Shown here in pieces: positions 55,851 to 64,000 of a stretch of DNA of 64,000 bases. The notes below the pieces were generated by a model. It was not told where the DNA came from, did not search any database, and saw only the letters and a program-made list of their open reading frames with translations. Source of the DNA: Candidatus Latescibacterota bacterium (lineage in GTDB: Bacteria; Latescibacterota; UBA2968; GCA-2709665); assembly GCA_965203805.1 (NCBI GenBank), contig OZ241917.1, positions 1,824,001 through 1,888,000 of the forward strand. Reading direction: 5' to 3'. Each line of letters opens with the position of its first letter. Position 1 is the stretch's first letter. The translations under genes were made by a program, and so were the position numbers.

Positions 55851-57824
55851 TTACTCCGCCAGCAATCGAATGCGGCGACGGGCCTCGGACAACGCCTTCG
55901 GATCGCCCCGCCATTGCTTCAGAAACGCGTCGTAGGCCGAGACCGCGTCCTCCGGCTTTCCCAGGTTTTGAAGCACCGCGCCCAGATTGAACAACGCTTT
56001 CGCGTCACCCAGCGCCGCCGACCTGCGATAAGCCTCCGCGGCCTCCACCGGTTTGCCCGTCTTCTCCAGGGACACTCCGAGGTTGAAGTGAGCCTCCCTA
56101 TCCTTCGGCAGCAGGACAACTGCCTGCCTGAATCCTTCGGCGGCTGTCGCCGTTTTGCCGGCCCGCATGGCAGTCACACCCAGATTCATCCAGGCCTCCG
56201 CATATTGAGGATTGAGGTCCACCGCTTTCCGGTATGCCGCTACCGCCTGTTCAAAGGACCCCTTCACGCCGTACGCATTGCCCAGGTTGTTGAAAGTCAT
56301 GGCTTCTTCCCTGATGGACAGCGCCCGTTGAAAGGCAAGAACTGCATGATCCATCAGTCCGCGTTCGGCAAGCACCTGGCCCACTGCCTGGTGCATCTTG
56401 GCGCTCGCCGGATATGCGCTTGCAGCGCTGGAAAACAGACTGTATTCATCCTTCCAATCTTCGTTTCGCACGACCGTGCGCGCGGAATACCCAATGCATA
56501 CGAGACCCGCCGCGATAACAACGCCGAATCCAAACCTCCTGAACAGCCGCTCCGCGCCAATCCCCGCAAGCGCAAACACGCCGAGTGCCGGTATGTACAG
56601 AAACCGCTCCTGGACCATTGAGTTCAGCAACACCACAGTCTGCGACACCCCGGCATAGGGCACCCAGAAAAGCGCCCCGCAAAAAAACAGCCGCGGCCAT
56701 CTCGCCAGCGATCGCACCCACAACCCCAGCCCCGCCAGCGCCAGCGCCAGGCCCGCGATCACGCCCGGTTCCAGTAGCGAAGCGGCAACCGGAATTGCAT
56801 TGTACGAGTAATCAACGGAAAGCCGCCAAGGCAAGACCAGGAGCGAAATGTAGTGCCAGAAGATCCTCCCGGCGGTCAGGATCCGCGTGTCGAACGAAGC
56901 GCCATACAGCGGATTCACAAGCTCCGTCATCCCGCCGGGTGAAAAGCCGAGTCCTGCCGCGGCGCCTCGCACGACCAGACAGACCGCGAATACACCCGCG
57001 AAGCCCAGCCACCACGGCCATCTTGCCCAGCAGACATCCAGAATGCATCGGAGAAAATCCCTCCCATCAAGTTCGCCTGCCGACCAGGCCAGACGCACTG
57101 TCGACGGTCCTCGCCGCGCATTCCGTCCATTACCCTTGTCCGATAAAATCCGGTTCTCTGGATCCGTCATTCCCGCCGCCAGGTCATATACGACGACGAG
57201 GCCCAGCAATGCGAGCGCGCTCTCCTTGCTGAGCAATCCACAGAAGAATGCAACGAGCGCCATCAGATAGGCCGTGCGGGAACCCGAACTCTGCACATAC
57301 AACAACATACCTGCAAGAAGAAAGCCGCCGGCGAGCAGGTCGGACCGGCCAAAGGTCACACCCGCCGCCACTTCCGAATGGATCGGATGCACCGCAAACA
57401 GCAGGCCGGCAAAACCCGCCGCAAAACGGCTCAGGCCCGCCCGCCTGCACAGCAGCCACGCCAGCAGGCTGCAACTTACGTGAAGAAGCACGTTGGTCAG
57501 ATGAAACCGAAACGGGCTGATGCCTCCAAGCGCGTCCAGCAGAAACGTCAGCACCGTCAGGGGCCGGTATTGCCCGGTTTCGTTTCCGGGATAACCCGCC
57601 CAGTAGTGGGTCGTGAAAACGCTTTTGAAATCCAGCCGTTCCACGATCCAGCTTCGTACGATCAGAAACTGGTCGTCGTAAACCAGCCCGTTGGCCAGCG
57701 CGTTGGCATAGACCACCATCGCCGCGATGCCCACGAGAACCGGCCACGCCCATGTGTGCTTTACGTCCGTGCTTACGGGCGTATCCGCAGACGCCCTGCG
57801 TTTCCGGTCATTGCGTTTCGCCAT
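55851..57824 (-). CDS. TMTC-like (DUF1736) GT-C membrane protein with TPRs, putative protein O-glycosyltransferase
   Basis: Y.NAL.NG.VYDD, YRPL, FH..N..LH, LFAVHPIH.E.V, GR..LL, LLSKE, LS.DY, ERFLY.P, RN..W and C-terminal TPRs. Confidence 0.85.
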   Translation of the reverse strand: MAKRNDRKRRASADTPVSTDVKHTWAWPVLVGIAAMVVYANALANGLVYDDQFLIVRSWIVERLDFKSVFTTHYWAGYPGNETGQYRPLTVLTFLLDALGGISPFRFHLTNVLLHVSCSLLAWLLCRRAGLSRFAAGFAGLLFAVHPIHSEVAAGVTFGRSDLLAGGFLLAGMLLYVQSSGSRTAYLMALVAFFCGLLSKESALALLGLVVVYDLAAGMTDPENRILSDKGNGRNARRGPSTVRLAWSAGELDGRDFLRCILDVCWARWPWWLGFAGVFAVCLVVRGAAAGLGFSPGGMTELVNPLYGASFDTRILTAGRIFWHYISLLVLPWRLSVDYSYNAIPVAASLLEPGVIAGLALALAGLGLWVRSLARWPRLFFCGALFWVPYAGVSQTVVLLNSMVQERFLYIPALGVFALAGIGAERLFRRFGFGVVIAAGLVCIGYSARTVVRNEDWKDEYSLFSSAASAYPASAKMHQAVGQVLAERGLMDHAVLAFQRALSIREEAMTFNNLGNAYGVKGSFEQAVAAYRKAVDLNPQYAEAWMNLGVTAMRAGKTATAAEGFRQAVVLLPKDREAHFNLGVSLEKTGKPVEAAEAYRRSAALGDAKALFNLGAVLQNLGKPEDAVSAYDAFLKQWRGDPKALSEARRRIRLLAE

Positions 57825-57852
57825 GGTTGTGGGGTCAATACCTCCGTGGGGC

Positions 57853-57876
57853 GGGCCCCACAAGGGGTGCCCCTAC
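57853..57876 (-). repeat. REP-like element of the GTAG class
   Basis: GTAG followed by the imperfect palindrome GGGCACCCCTTGTGGGGCCC. Confidence 0.5.
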
Positions 57877-57936
57877 AATGCCAGGATACGTTATCGGGTG
57901 CTGGCGCTGACCTCAATTTGATAAAAGACAACCGTC

Positions 57937-57966
57937 AAATTTACCACAAAAAGCACAAAAGGCACA
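57937..57966. repeat. 30-bp direct repeat, copy 2
   Basis: aaatttaccacaaaaagcacaaaaggcaca. Confidence 0.85.
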
Positions 57967-58136
57967 GAAAGTAACAGCGCGAAAGCGGGGTATGAAGGTC
58001 GTTCAAAGGAAGAAATTCGCGTTTACGTCCAGTGTCTCAAATGTCCGGGCAGTTTGACATCAATTCGCCATTGTTCTTCTGCATAAACTCGAAATTCAGG
58101 TCCCGGAACAACTGCGAGTCAAGGTTAAGCTCTGAT

Positions 58137-58162
58137 CACTGGCCACTATCCACTGACCACTG
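58137..58162. repeat. Heptamer tandem repeat (CACTgaC, about 3.7 units)
   Basis: cactggc cactatc cactgac cactg. Confidence 0.7.
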
Positions 58163-58166
58163 CTTT

Positions 58167-58217
58167 TAATAAAAGAAACGGGCGGCAACCGGGCTCAGAG
58201 TCCCGGGCGCCGCCCGT
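58167..58217 (-). terminator. Rho-independent terminator after the PorV-family gene
   Basis: acgggcggc..ccggg/cccgg..gccgcccgt stem followed by a T-rich run on the minus strand. Confidence 0.65.
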
Positions 58218-58287
58218 CGGTTCATACGCCGACAAAGCGTCGGATTTCATCAGGTTCCAATCAATTCCGCCGCTTTGCAGATGCGAC

Positions 58288-59280
58288 TTAGAACGTACCT
58301 CCGACAGAAACGCGGATCGGCGGATCGAACATAACGACGCCGTCGTTCTGCTGCAGGAGCGAAACAGCTACGTCCGCCGTGATGGTACGGCCCCCGAAGG
58401 TCTGCTTCAGGCCAGCACCCAGGGAAATACCCTCAAGGTCGTAATTCCACTTCCAACCCGCGCGCAACGCGAGCGCATTCTGCAGCCACAACTCGGCGCC
58501 GAAATGCCAGCGCTGCTCGAAGTCCACGAAGAACGCGCTCTCCACCGAGGCGGTGAGGTAGGACGGATCGCCCTTTTCGCCGTAGACTTCGGCAGCCACG
58601 CCGATATTGTAGACGAGCGGCAGCAGGTATGCGCGATCGCCCGACTTGCGGTCAGGTCCGAAATTCTTGAACGCCATCGCGATACGGAGGCTTCTGAAGC
58701 CCGTGTAGAAGAAGCTGCCCACGTCCACGGTGAAGCCCGTTGTCTTCACCGTGTACAGCTTCTCCTGGACGTAGTTCGCCTTGGCGCTGAACGAGAACTT
58801 GTCGGTGAACTTGATCGCATACAGCAAGCCGACGGAGATATTGTGTACGACCACGTCCTGCCCGGTTCCGTTGGGCTGATAGATCGTGGTTTCCTTCGAT
58901 GGCTTCGGGTTGTGCGAAACCACCGAAAGGCCCAGCACCTCACCTCTGGCCGAACGCGTGTTCCAGACGGCCGTGGCCGAGTAGAGCTGGGTGTCGAGCA
59001 GGAAACGCGTCCAGTTCGCCTGGTAGGCCACGCGTTCCACGTGTACCAGCCCCGCGCCGTTCCAGAAGATCGCGTTGATGTCGTCGGCGACCGCGGTAAA
59101 CGCGTCGCCCATACCCACGGCGCGGGCGCCCTGGCCGATCTTCAGGAACTGCATCCCGGAGATATTGACTTTCTTGACGCCGTACTCACCGGTCACCCCG
59201 CCCCACTTCACGGCCAAAGCCGGTGAAGCGGCAAGCAGCAGGGCCAAGACCGACGCAATGATTAGCATGCTTCTTTTCAC
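58288..59280 (-). CDS. PorV/PorQ-family (FadL-like) outer-membrane beta-barrel
   Basis: Signal peptide; FLKIG.GARA.GMG.AFTAVADD..AIFWN.AGL signature; G.E.W....LALRAG; terminal Phe. Confidence 0.88.
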   Translation of the reverse strand: MKRSMLIIASVLALLLAASPALAVKWGGVTGEYGVKKVNISGMQFLKIGQGARAVGMGDAFTAVADDINAIFWNGAGLVHVERVAYQANWTRFLLDTQLYSATAVWNTRSARGEVLGLSVVSHNPKPSKETTIYQPNGTGQDVVVHNISVGLLYAIKFTDKFSFSAKANYVQEKLYTVKTTGFTVDVGSFFYTGFRSLRIAMAFKNFGPDRKSGDRAYLLPLVYNIGVAAEVYGEKGDPSYLTASVESAFFVDFEQRWHFGAELWLQNALALRAGWKWNYDLEGISLGAGLKQTFGGRTITADVAVSLLQQNDGVVMFDPPIRVSVGGTF

Positions 59281-59305
59281 GTCATTTCCTCCTTGTTTGA
59301 GCCCG

Positions 59306-61777
59306 CTACTTGATCAGCACGAAGCTGCCTCTTCGGGTCTCTCCGCCGGATACGACAACGAAATAGTACAGACCGGTCTGCACTTCGCCGGCGATATTGA
59401 ACGTGATCTGCCGAAACTCGGTTTCACCCTTGGTAAGCGGGGTCCGGTCCGTGGTTTCCACGCGGTCGCCGGAGGCCGAGTAAATGTGAATGATCGCGTC
59501 CGAGGTAAGGCCCACGATGCGAAGGTTGCGGGAGTTGGGATACTGGTGCACGCCGTCCACGTAGTACGGGTTCGGCACGATGAGCACCTCTTCCGGGAGG
59601 CTGGACAACAGGGCCTGGAAGGGTTTGCGGTTGTCGCCGTCGTACGTCCTTGCCGTCGACGGCCCCCAGCCGCTTTCATACCCCCTCCGGATATTGGCCT
59701 GCACACGCTCACTGGGGATGTCGTCGATGGTCATCCCGCTGTTCCACGTGTACGACTCCACGCCCCTGGCATACGGGCGGGCGGAGTAGAAGTAGGAAAA
59801 GCCGGCCGTGGTTTCCAGGTCCTCGTATTCATAGACGCCGTCGGCATTGATGCCCCATTCGCCCCGGGGCAGTCCCGCCGGATTGGTGGAAGATCCGCTC
59901 GAACCGTTTTCGATGATCCCGTACAGCTCCCACGGACCCCATGAAAACCACTCGGACTTGTACAGCCTGACCCCGAGGATATCCTGCTCGCCCGTATACG
60001 GGTTCACAGCGGACTCGGATTCCCTGCCCCACCGGATCAATTGCTTGGCCCTGGTGGAAGAGGTAAGGTTGTCGGGCGAAATGTACGCCTCGGTGGGCGA
60101 GGTGGGCACCTGGTAGTTGTTGTCATACACCCAATGGGCCAACTTCAGATTCTCCAGTGCGGCCTTCTCGCCGTCCGTCTTTATCTTCTGGATCTTGTTC
60201 TCGGGGCTGTCGCTGGACCGGTCCCACTTGATCAGCCCGATGTCCTGCTCGTTGGCGGGAATCGGCGCGAGCAAGGAAGGGTGCCCCGCTCCCCAGGAGA
60301 ACACGAGCTTCACGGTTTCATCCACGCCCACGTTGTAGGGCCCGTAGACGGTCATGTCGTGGAACACCTTCCGCGTGGAAATGTCGCCCTCGTCCGGATT
60401 GGCCTGAAAACCCGTCGTTGTTATGACGCTGGCGAGTTGCGCGGCGCTGTGCGTGGTATAGGTGGGGTCGTCGAAGTCACCCGTGGAACGCGCCAGCCAC
60501 CACTGGAACGAACGCGGCTGCATGTCTTCCCCGGGCTGCACGTATTTTCCGCGGTCGGCTTCGTTGAACGAGAACTTCCCCGCGTCATCGGCGTAGGCGA
60601 GCGGCGCCATGAAATAGGTGCTTGGCGCTCTGGGTTGGCCTTCCGTCTGCAGAATATTGTAGTTGGAAGGCACGATCGCCTTGAAGAACGGATCGCCCGT
60701 GTCGTCGTGCGAAGAAAACGGGTTGTCGGAGTCCCTGCGGATAACCGCGCGCATATCCTCGCCCACGAACGCGCCGTTCTGCGAGAATGCATTCGGATAG
60801 CCGTTGGCTTCCGTAAACCACAACGTATCGTCCATGCCTCGGGCGTTGGACGCGTAGAAGTTCCAACCGAACTCCTCGAGAATGCCCATTGCCGTCATGG
60901 CCGCCACGTTCTTGAAGGCGATATAGAGATTATTGATGGGTCCCGGCGCTTCACCCACGCCGTCGCCATCGAAGTCGCCGATGTTCTTGAAGGTGAGGTC
61001 CACGATGTAGAAGTCGTCGAAATCCGGGTTGGACCAGCTGTAGACACGCCGCTGCATCAGCAAACCGTTCTGCTTGTCGATCCACTGGGCGATGATCGTC
61101 TCTTCCGGAATGGTCACGTCCACCAGGTTGTGCGCGCCCAGGTTGTAGTTGGCGATGTGGGCCGGCGATGTGCTAACCGGGTCCCAGTTGGCGCCGTAGA
61201 TGCTGCCGTGATCGTCTTTGGTGACCCCCGGCCAGTAATTGGAGAGGGCACCCTCATCATCCAGTTCTCCGGGAGAAATAGCGCTGTTCGGCGTCTCGGC
61301 GAGCTCCTGCAGCGGGTTGGGCTGCCCCCAGCTTTCCTCGGGATTGCCCACGGGATCGTAGGGGAACGCCTGGTTGTGTTCCACGATCTGCAGGTTCTCA
61401 CGAGGTCCGGTCACCGTGACGGTACCGCGGTCGGCGTTCAGGATCCAGATGCCCTCGCCGCCCGAGACCTTGTAGTCGTTGTACATCTGCGACTTCTGGT
61501 TGGACGTGAACTGGGAGAGCACCGCGCCGAACGAACCCGGCCCGTTGCCGTTCCACGGATAGGCGTTGCGCCTGTAGCCGCGCCCCCACTCCTGGTTGCC
61601 GCCCATGCCGCCTATATTGTTATAGCTGTTGGATATAAGCGACCGCAGGTTGTACCTGCTGGAAATATTGTCGGGAGTGGCCTGCGCATCGACCGGGACT
61701 GGCTGAAATACAACCGCAACCAGCGCAAGGCAGGCGACTGCAACCAGCCCCTTAACAATGAAATTCAATCGTTTCAT
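59306..61777 (-). CDS. Large exported protein with a T9SS-CTD/FlgD-Ig-like C-terminal domain
   Basis: Signal peptide ending VDA-Q; FN3-like Y.D.....GF.Y.YS; C-terminal V.IVPNPY...I.IYS.SG..V...TGLY.FVV......G.FVLIK. Confidence 0.82.
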   Translation of the reverse strand: MKRLNFIVKGLVAVACLALVAVVFQPVPVDAQATPDNISSRYNLRSLISNSYNNIGGMGGNQEWGRGYRRNAYPWNGNGPGSFGAVLSQFTSNQKSQMYNDYKVSGGEGIWILNADRGTVTVTGPRENLQIVEHNQAFPYDPVGNPEESWGQPNPLQELAETPNSAISPGELDDEGALSNYWPGVTKDDHGSIYGANWDPVSTSPAHIANYNLGAHNLVDVTIPEETIIAQWIDKQNGLLMQRRVYSWSNPDFDDFYIVDLTFKNIGDFDGDGVGEAPGPINNLYIAFKNVAAMTAMGILEEFGWNFYASNARGMDDTLWFTEANGYPNAFSQNGAFVGEDMRAVIRRDSDNPFSSHDDTGDPFFKAIVPSNYNILQTEGQPRAPSTYFMAPLAYADDAGKFSFNEADRGKYVQPGEDMQPRSFQWWLARSTGDFDDPTYTTHSAAQLASVITTTGFQANPDEGDISTRKVFHDMTVYGPYNVGVDETVKLVFSWGAGHPSLLAPIPANEQDIGLIKWDRSSDSPENKIQKIKTDGEKAALENLKLAHWVYDNNYQVPTSPTEAYISPDNLTSSTRAKQLIRWGRESESAVNPYTGEQDILGVRLYKSEWFSWGPWELYGIIENGSSGSSTNPAGLPRGEWGINADGVYEYEDLETTAGFSYFYSARPYARGVESYTWNSGMTIDDIPSERVQANIRRGYESGWGPSTARTYDGDNRKPFQALLSSLPEEVLIVPNPYYVDGVHQYPNSRNLRIVGLTSDAIIHIYSASGDRVETTDRTPLTKGETEFRQITFNIAGEVQTGLYYFVVVSGGETRRGSFVLIK

Positions 61778-61816
61778 ATCCTTCTCTGCCTCCATTCGAA
61801 AGCACTGCGGAACAGA

Positions 61817-61846
61817 CGCGCCGGAAGCGAAACTGCTTCCGGCGCG
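61817..61846. other. 12-bp perfect hairpin between the TBDR and cargo genes (possible mRNA-stabilising or processing stem)
   Basis: cgcgccggaagc/gcttccggcgcg with no U-run. Confidence 0.5.
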
Positions 61847-61854
61847 CCATTTCC

Positions 61855-64000
61855 TTACCAGTTAACGCGCAGCCCGAACTGGGCAAGACGCGGCGAATGC
61901 GCGTAAGACCGATCCCGGCTGTCGCCGTAATTCAGATAGTTCTTGTCGTCCGGGGTCGGCCCGTCCAACCCGATATACGTCCAGAGGTTTCTGTTCGACG
62001 GGCTGGTGCGGTCCTTCTGGTTGAAAACGTTGCGGATGTCGGCGAAGAGCGTGGGTTGAACCCTGCCGGTCACGTTGAACGTCTTTTCAACGGCCAGGTC
62101 GGTCCGGGAATCCAGCGCGAGGTCGCGGTAGTACCGGTTGCCGCCTTCAGGCGGGGCGTAGTTGAAGATACCGCCCGTCTGGATGCGGGAGGTGACGTTC
62201 AGCCGGAGATTCTTGAGAACCGTACCCACAAAGGAATGGCCGAACTCGAAATCATCCGGGAACGACGCCAGGAGCGAGAAACTTCCGAAATTCCGGCGGT
62301 CCCCGCTCTTCGGGCGGAAGAACAGCGTGGTATAGCTGCCCGAGTTGATCTTGACCGAGCAGTTCTGGCCGCAGTTCCCGAGGGCGGGATTGTCGACCGG
62401 CCGGAGGCCGTCCCACACGCCCGTGCCCAATTGGCCGCCCTTCGCCCGCGCATTGTCGTGGAAGTTCTGCCCCTGCTGCGCGTATTTGACGAGGTCGTCG
62501 CCCGTCAGCCGGCGAGGCGCCTCGCTGCCGTCCGGAAGCGCATCCCAGTAAATCCAGAAATTGGGAACCGTAATGCCGCGGTCCGTAAACGCGTTGGTTG
62601 TGGAAAGATGGACCACCGTTGCCGAGTCCATATATACGTTGCGGATCACGTTGCCCAGCTTGCCCGTGGTGACCTGCGACCACTGGTAGTTGTAGGAAAC
62701 GTTGAATGAGAAGTTGTGCGAGAAGGACTTGCGCATGGACAATTCCACGCCGCGGGTGTCACCGTACGCGCCGTTGTCCAGGGTCCGCGAATAGGGAATC
62801 CAGAAGTCCCTGGGACCGACCCACGTTTCGTTGGGATACGACGTGAAGTGGTCCACCTCGCTCTTGTAATACGCCGTTAAGGTGGCCGTGTAGTCGCTCA
62901 CGAAGTTCCAGTCGGCGCCCACCTCGAAGGCCGTGGTCTTGGCGGGTTGCAGCAGGTGCAGCCCGTTCTGGCCCGAATAGGTGGTGCGGAAGTTGTTCAT
63001 CCGCTCGGTGGCGTCGATCCGTCCGTTCTCGTTCACGTCGCGGTCGCCGGCGTCGCCGGAGGTCCAGTAGTCCTCACCGAAGTAATACCAGAGGTCGGCC
63101 CACTGGAGGAACACGCCCGTGGAGAACCGCATCTGCGACCGCTCCGTGATGGGGTGCGAGACGCCGATCCGCGGGCTGAACTTCACGTGCCAGGGCGCGT
63201 CCGTGACCCACAGGGAGCCTTCCTGGTACGCCCAGTCGCGTGCGCGCGTATAATAGCGGAACATAGAGCTTCCGCGGTATGCGCCGAAGGTCAACTGGCG
63301 CGAGTTCGGGTTGAACGTATCCAGGCGGACGCCCAGGTTGACGATCATCCCCTGGAACTCCATCTTGTCCTGGAGGTAGGCGTTCAGGAAGAAGGGCTTG
63401 ACCTTTTCGCCAATCTGGCCTTCGTCCATGATCACCCGCAGGTTCCGCGCGGCCGGGGTTGTGTCGTACCGCAGAATCATCGTGATGGCGCTGGTCTGGT
63501 ACTCGACCCCCGCCTTCATGAAGTTACCCTTGGTGATCTGCGATGACAGGTCGACCTTGGCCCCGATGCGCTGCCGGTCGTACTGGCCGTATCTGGCGGC
63601 CTGCCGGCCGATGCTGAACCATCCCGCCTGGTCCCGGAAAATCTCTCCGGTCACGTCATGCGTGCCGCTGAGGGTATCCATCTTCGAGCGGGAATGCGAA
63701 ACCCGCACTTCGTAGAAGGTCCTCGGGGAAAGCGTATGCGTAAATACCGCGTACTGCAATTCTTCCCGGAGGTCGTGCAGTCCGGCCGCCGACCACTTCT
63801 CGGGCAGGAACAGGTCGCGGCCCGTTCCGCGCCTCATCGCGCCGCCGCCGGTGCCGTGACGCCCGCCGAAGAGGTCAGGATTGCCGTTCGAATACCAGTC
63901 CCAACCCAGATACATCCCGCCGACTTTCAACTTGAGATTGGCGGTGGGTTTGATGGTGATGCTCCCGGAAACGTTGATATTGCCCGGGTCGTCCTGGAAG
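61855..64000 (-). CDS. TonB-dependent receptor beta-barrel (5' part outside the window)
   Basis: AYLQDKMEF.GMIVNLGVRLD, SPRIGVSHPITE, T.AFEVG, YGDTRGVE, N.FN and PR..QFGLRVNW end. Confidence 0.9.
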   Translation of the reverse strand, partial: FQDDPGNINVSGSITIKPTANLKLKVGGMYLGWDWYSNGNPDLFGGRHGTGGGAMRRGTGRDLFLPEKWSAAGLHDLREELQYAVFTHTLSPRTFYEVRVSHSRSKMDTLSGTHDVTGEIFRDQAGWFSIGRQAARYGQYDRQRIGAKVDLSSQITKGNFMKAGVEYQTSAITMILRYDTTPAARNLRVIMDEGQIGEKVKPFFLNAYLQDKMEFQGMIVNLGVRLDTFNPNSRQLTFGAYRGSSMFRYYTRARDWAYQEGSLWVTDAPWHVKFSPRIGVSHPITERSQMRFSTGVFLQWADLWYYFGEDYWTSGDAGDRDVNENGRIDATERMNNFRTTYSGQNGLHLLQPAKTTAFEVGADWNFVSDYTATLTAYYKSEVDHFTSYPNETWVGPRDFWIPYSRTLDNGAYGDTRGVELSMRKSFSHNFSFNVSYNYQWSQVTTGKLGNVIRNVYMDSATVVHLSTTNAFTDRGITVPNFWIYWDALPDGSEAPRRLTGDDLVKYAQQGQNFHDNARAKGGQLGTGVWDGLRPVDNPALGNCGQNCSVKINSGSYTTLFFRPKSGDRRNFGSFSLLASFPDDFEFGHSFVGTVLKNLRLNVTSRIQTGGIFNYAPPEGGNRYYRDLALDSRTDLAVEKTFNVTGRVQPTLFADIRNVFNQKDRTSPSNRNLWTYIGLDGPTPDDKNYLNYGDSRDRSYAHSPRLAQFGLRVNW

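Overview
GC-rich bacterial chromosomal window with about 48 CDSs. I found no IS, phage, CRISPR array or rRNA. The gene content (PorV-family barrel, TonB-dependent receptor, GWxTD-TPR proteins, WD40 proteins with DFDGDG dockerin/EF-hand-like tails, expanded sulfatase-like, PhyH, HpcH and Gfo/Idh/MocA families) suggests an FCB-superphylum organism such as Latescibacterota or Gemmatimonadota, possibly host- or sponge-associated; this is inference only. Main blocks: (1) 1-3683, three exported proteins sharing a C-terminal DFDG[DN]G tag; (2) creatininase plus MlrC; (3) CBS-korA-korB, with korB fused to a C-terminal CBS pair; (4) sulfatase-like, M14 and DUF309 genes; (5) GWxTD-selA-selB-selC (tRNA-Sec); (6) galU, mazG, and a catabolic enzyme region (24-45 kb) that includes purB and arsC; (7) a minus-strand envelope locus (45-64 kb): TBDR, cargo protein with a T9SS-CTD-like end, PorV, TMTC-like GT-C/TPR, GWxTD/TPR, alpha-barrel protein, OM beta-barrel, and two more GT-C-like membrane proteins. 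The best candidates for undescribed biology are the TBDR-cargo-PorV-glycosylation locus, the CBS-fused 2-oxoacid oxidoreductase, the shared dockerin-like tag, a duplicated perfect-Shine-Dalgarno micro-ORF element (421-626) and a structured RNA candidate (51912-52092). All family calls come from motif recognition by eye, not from database searches.
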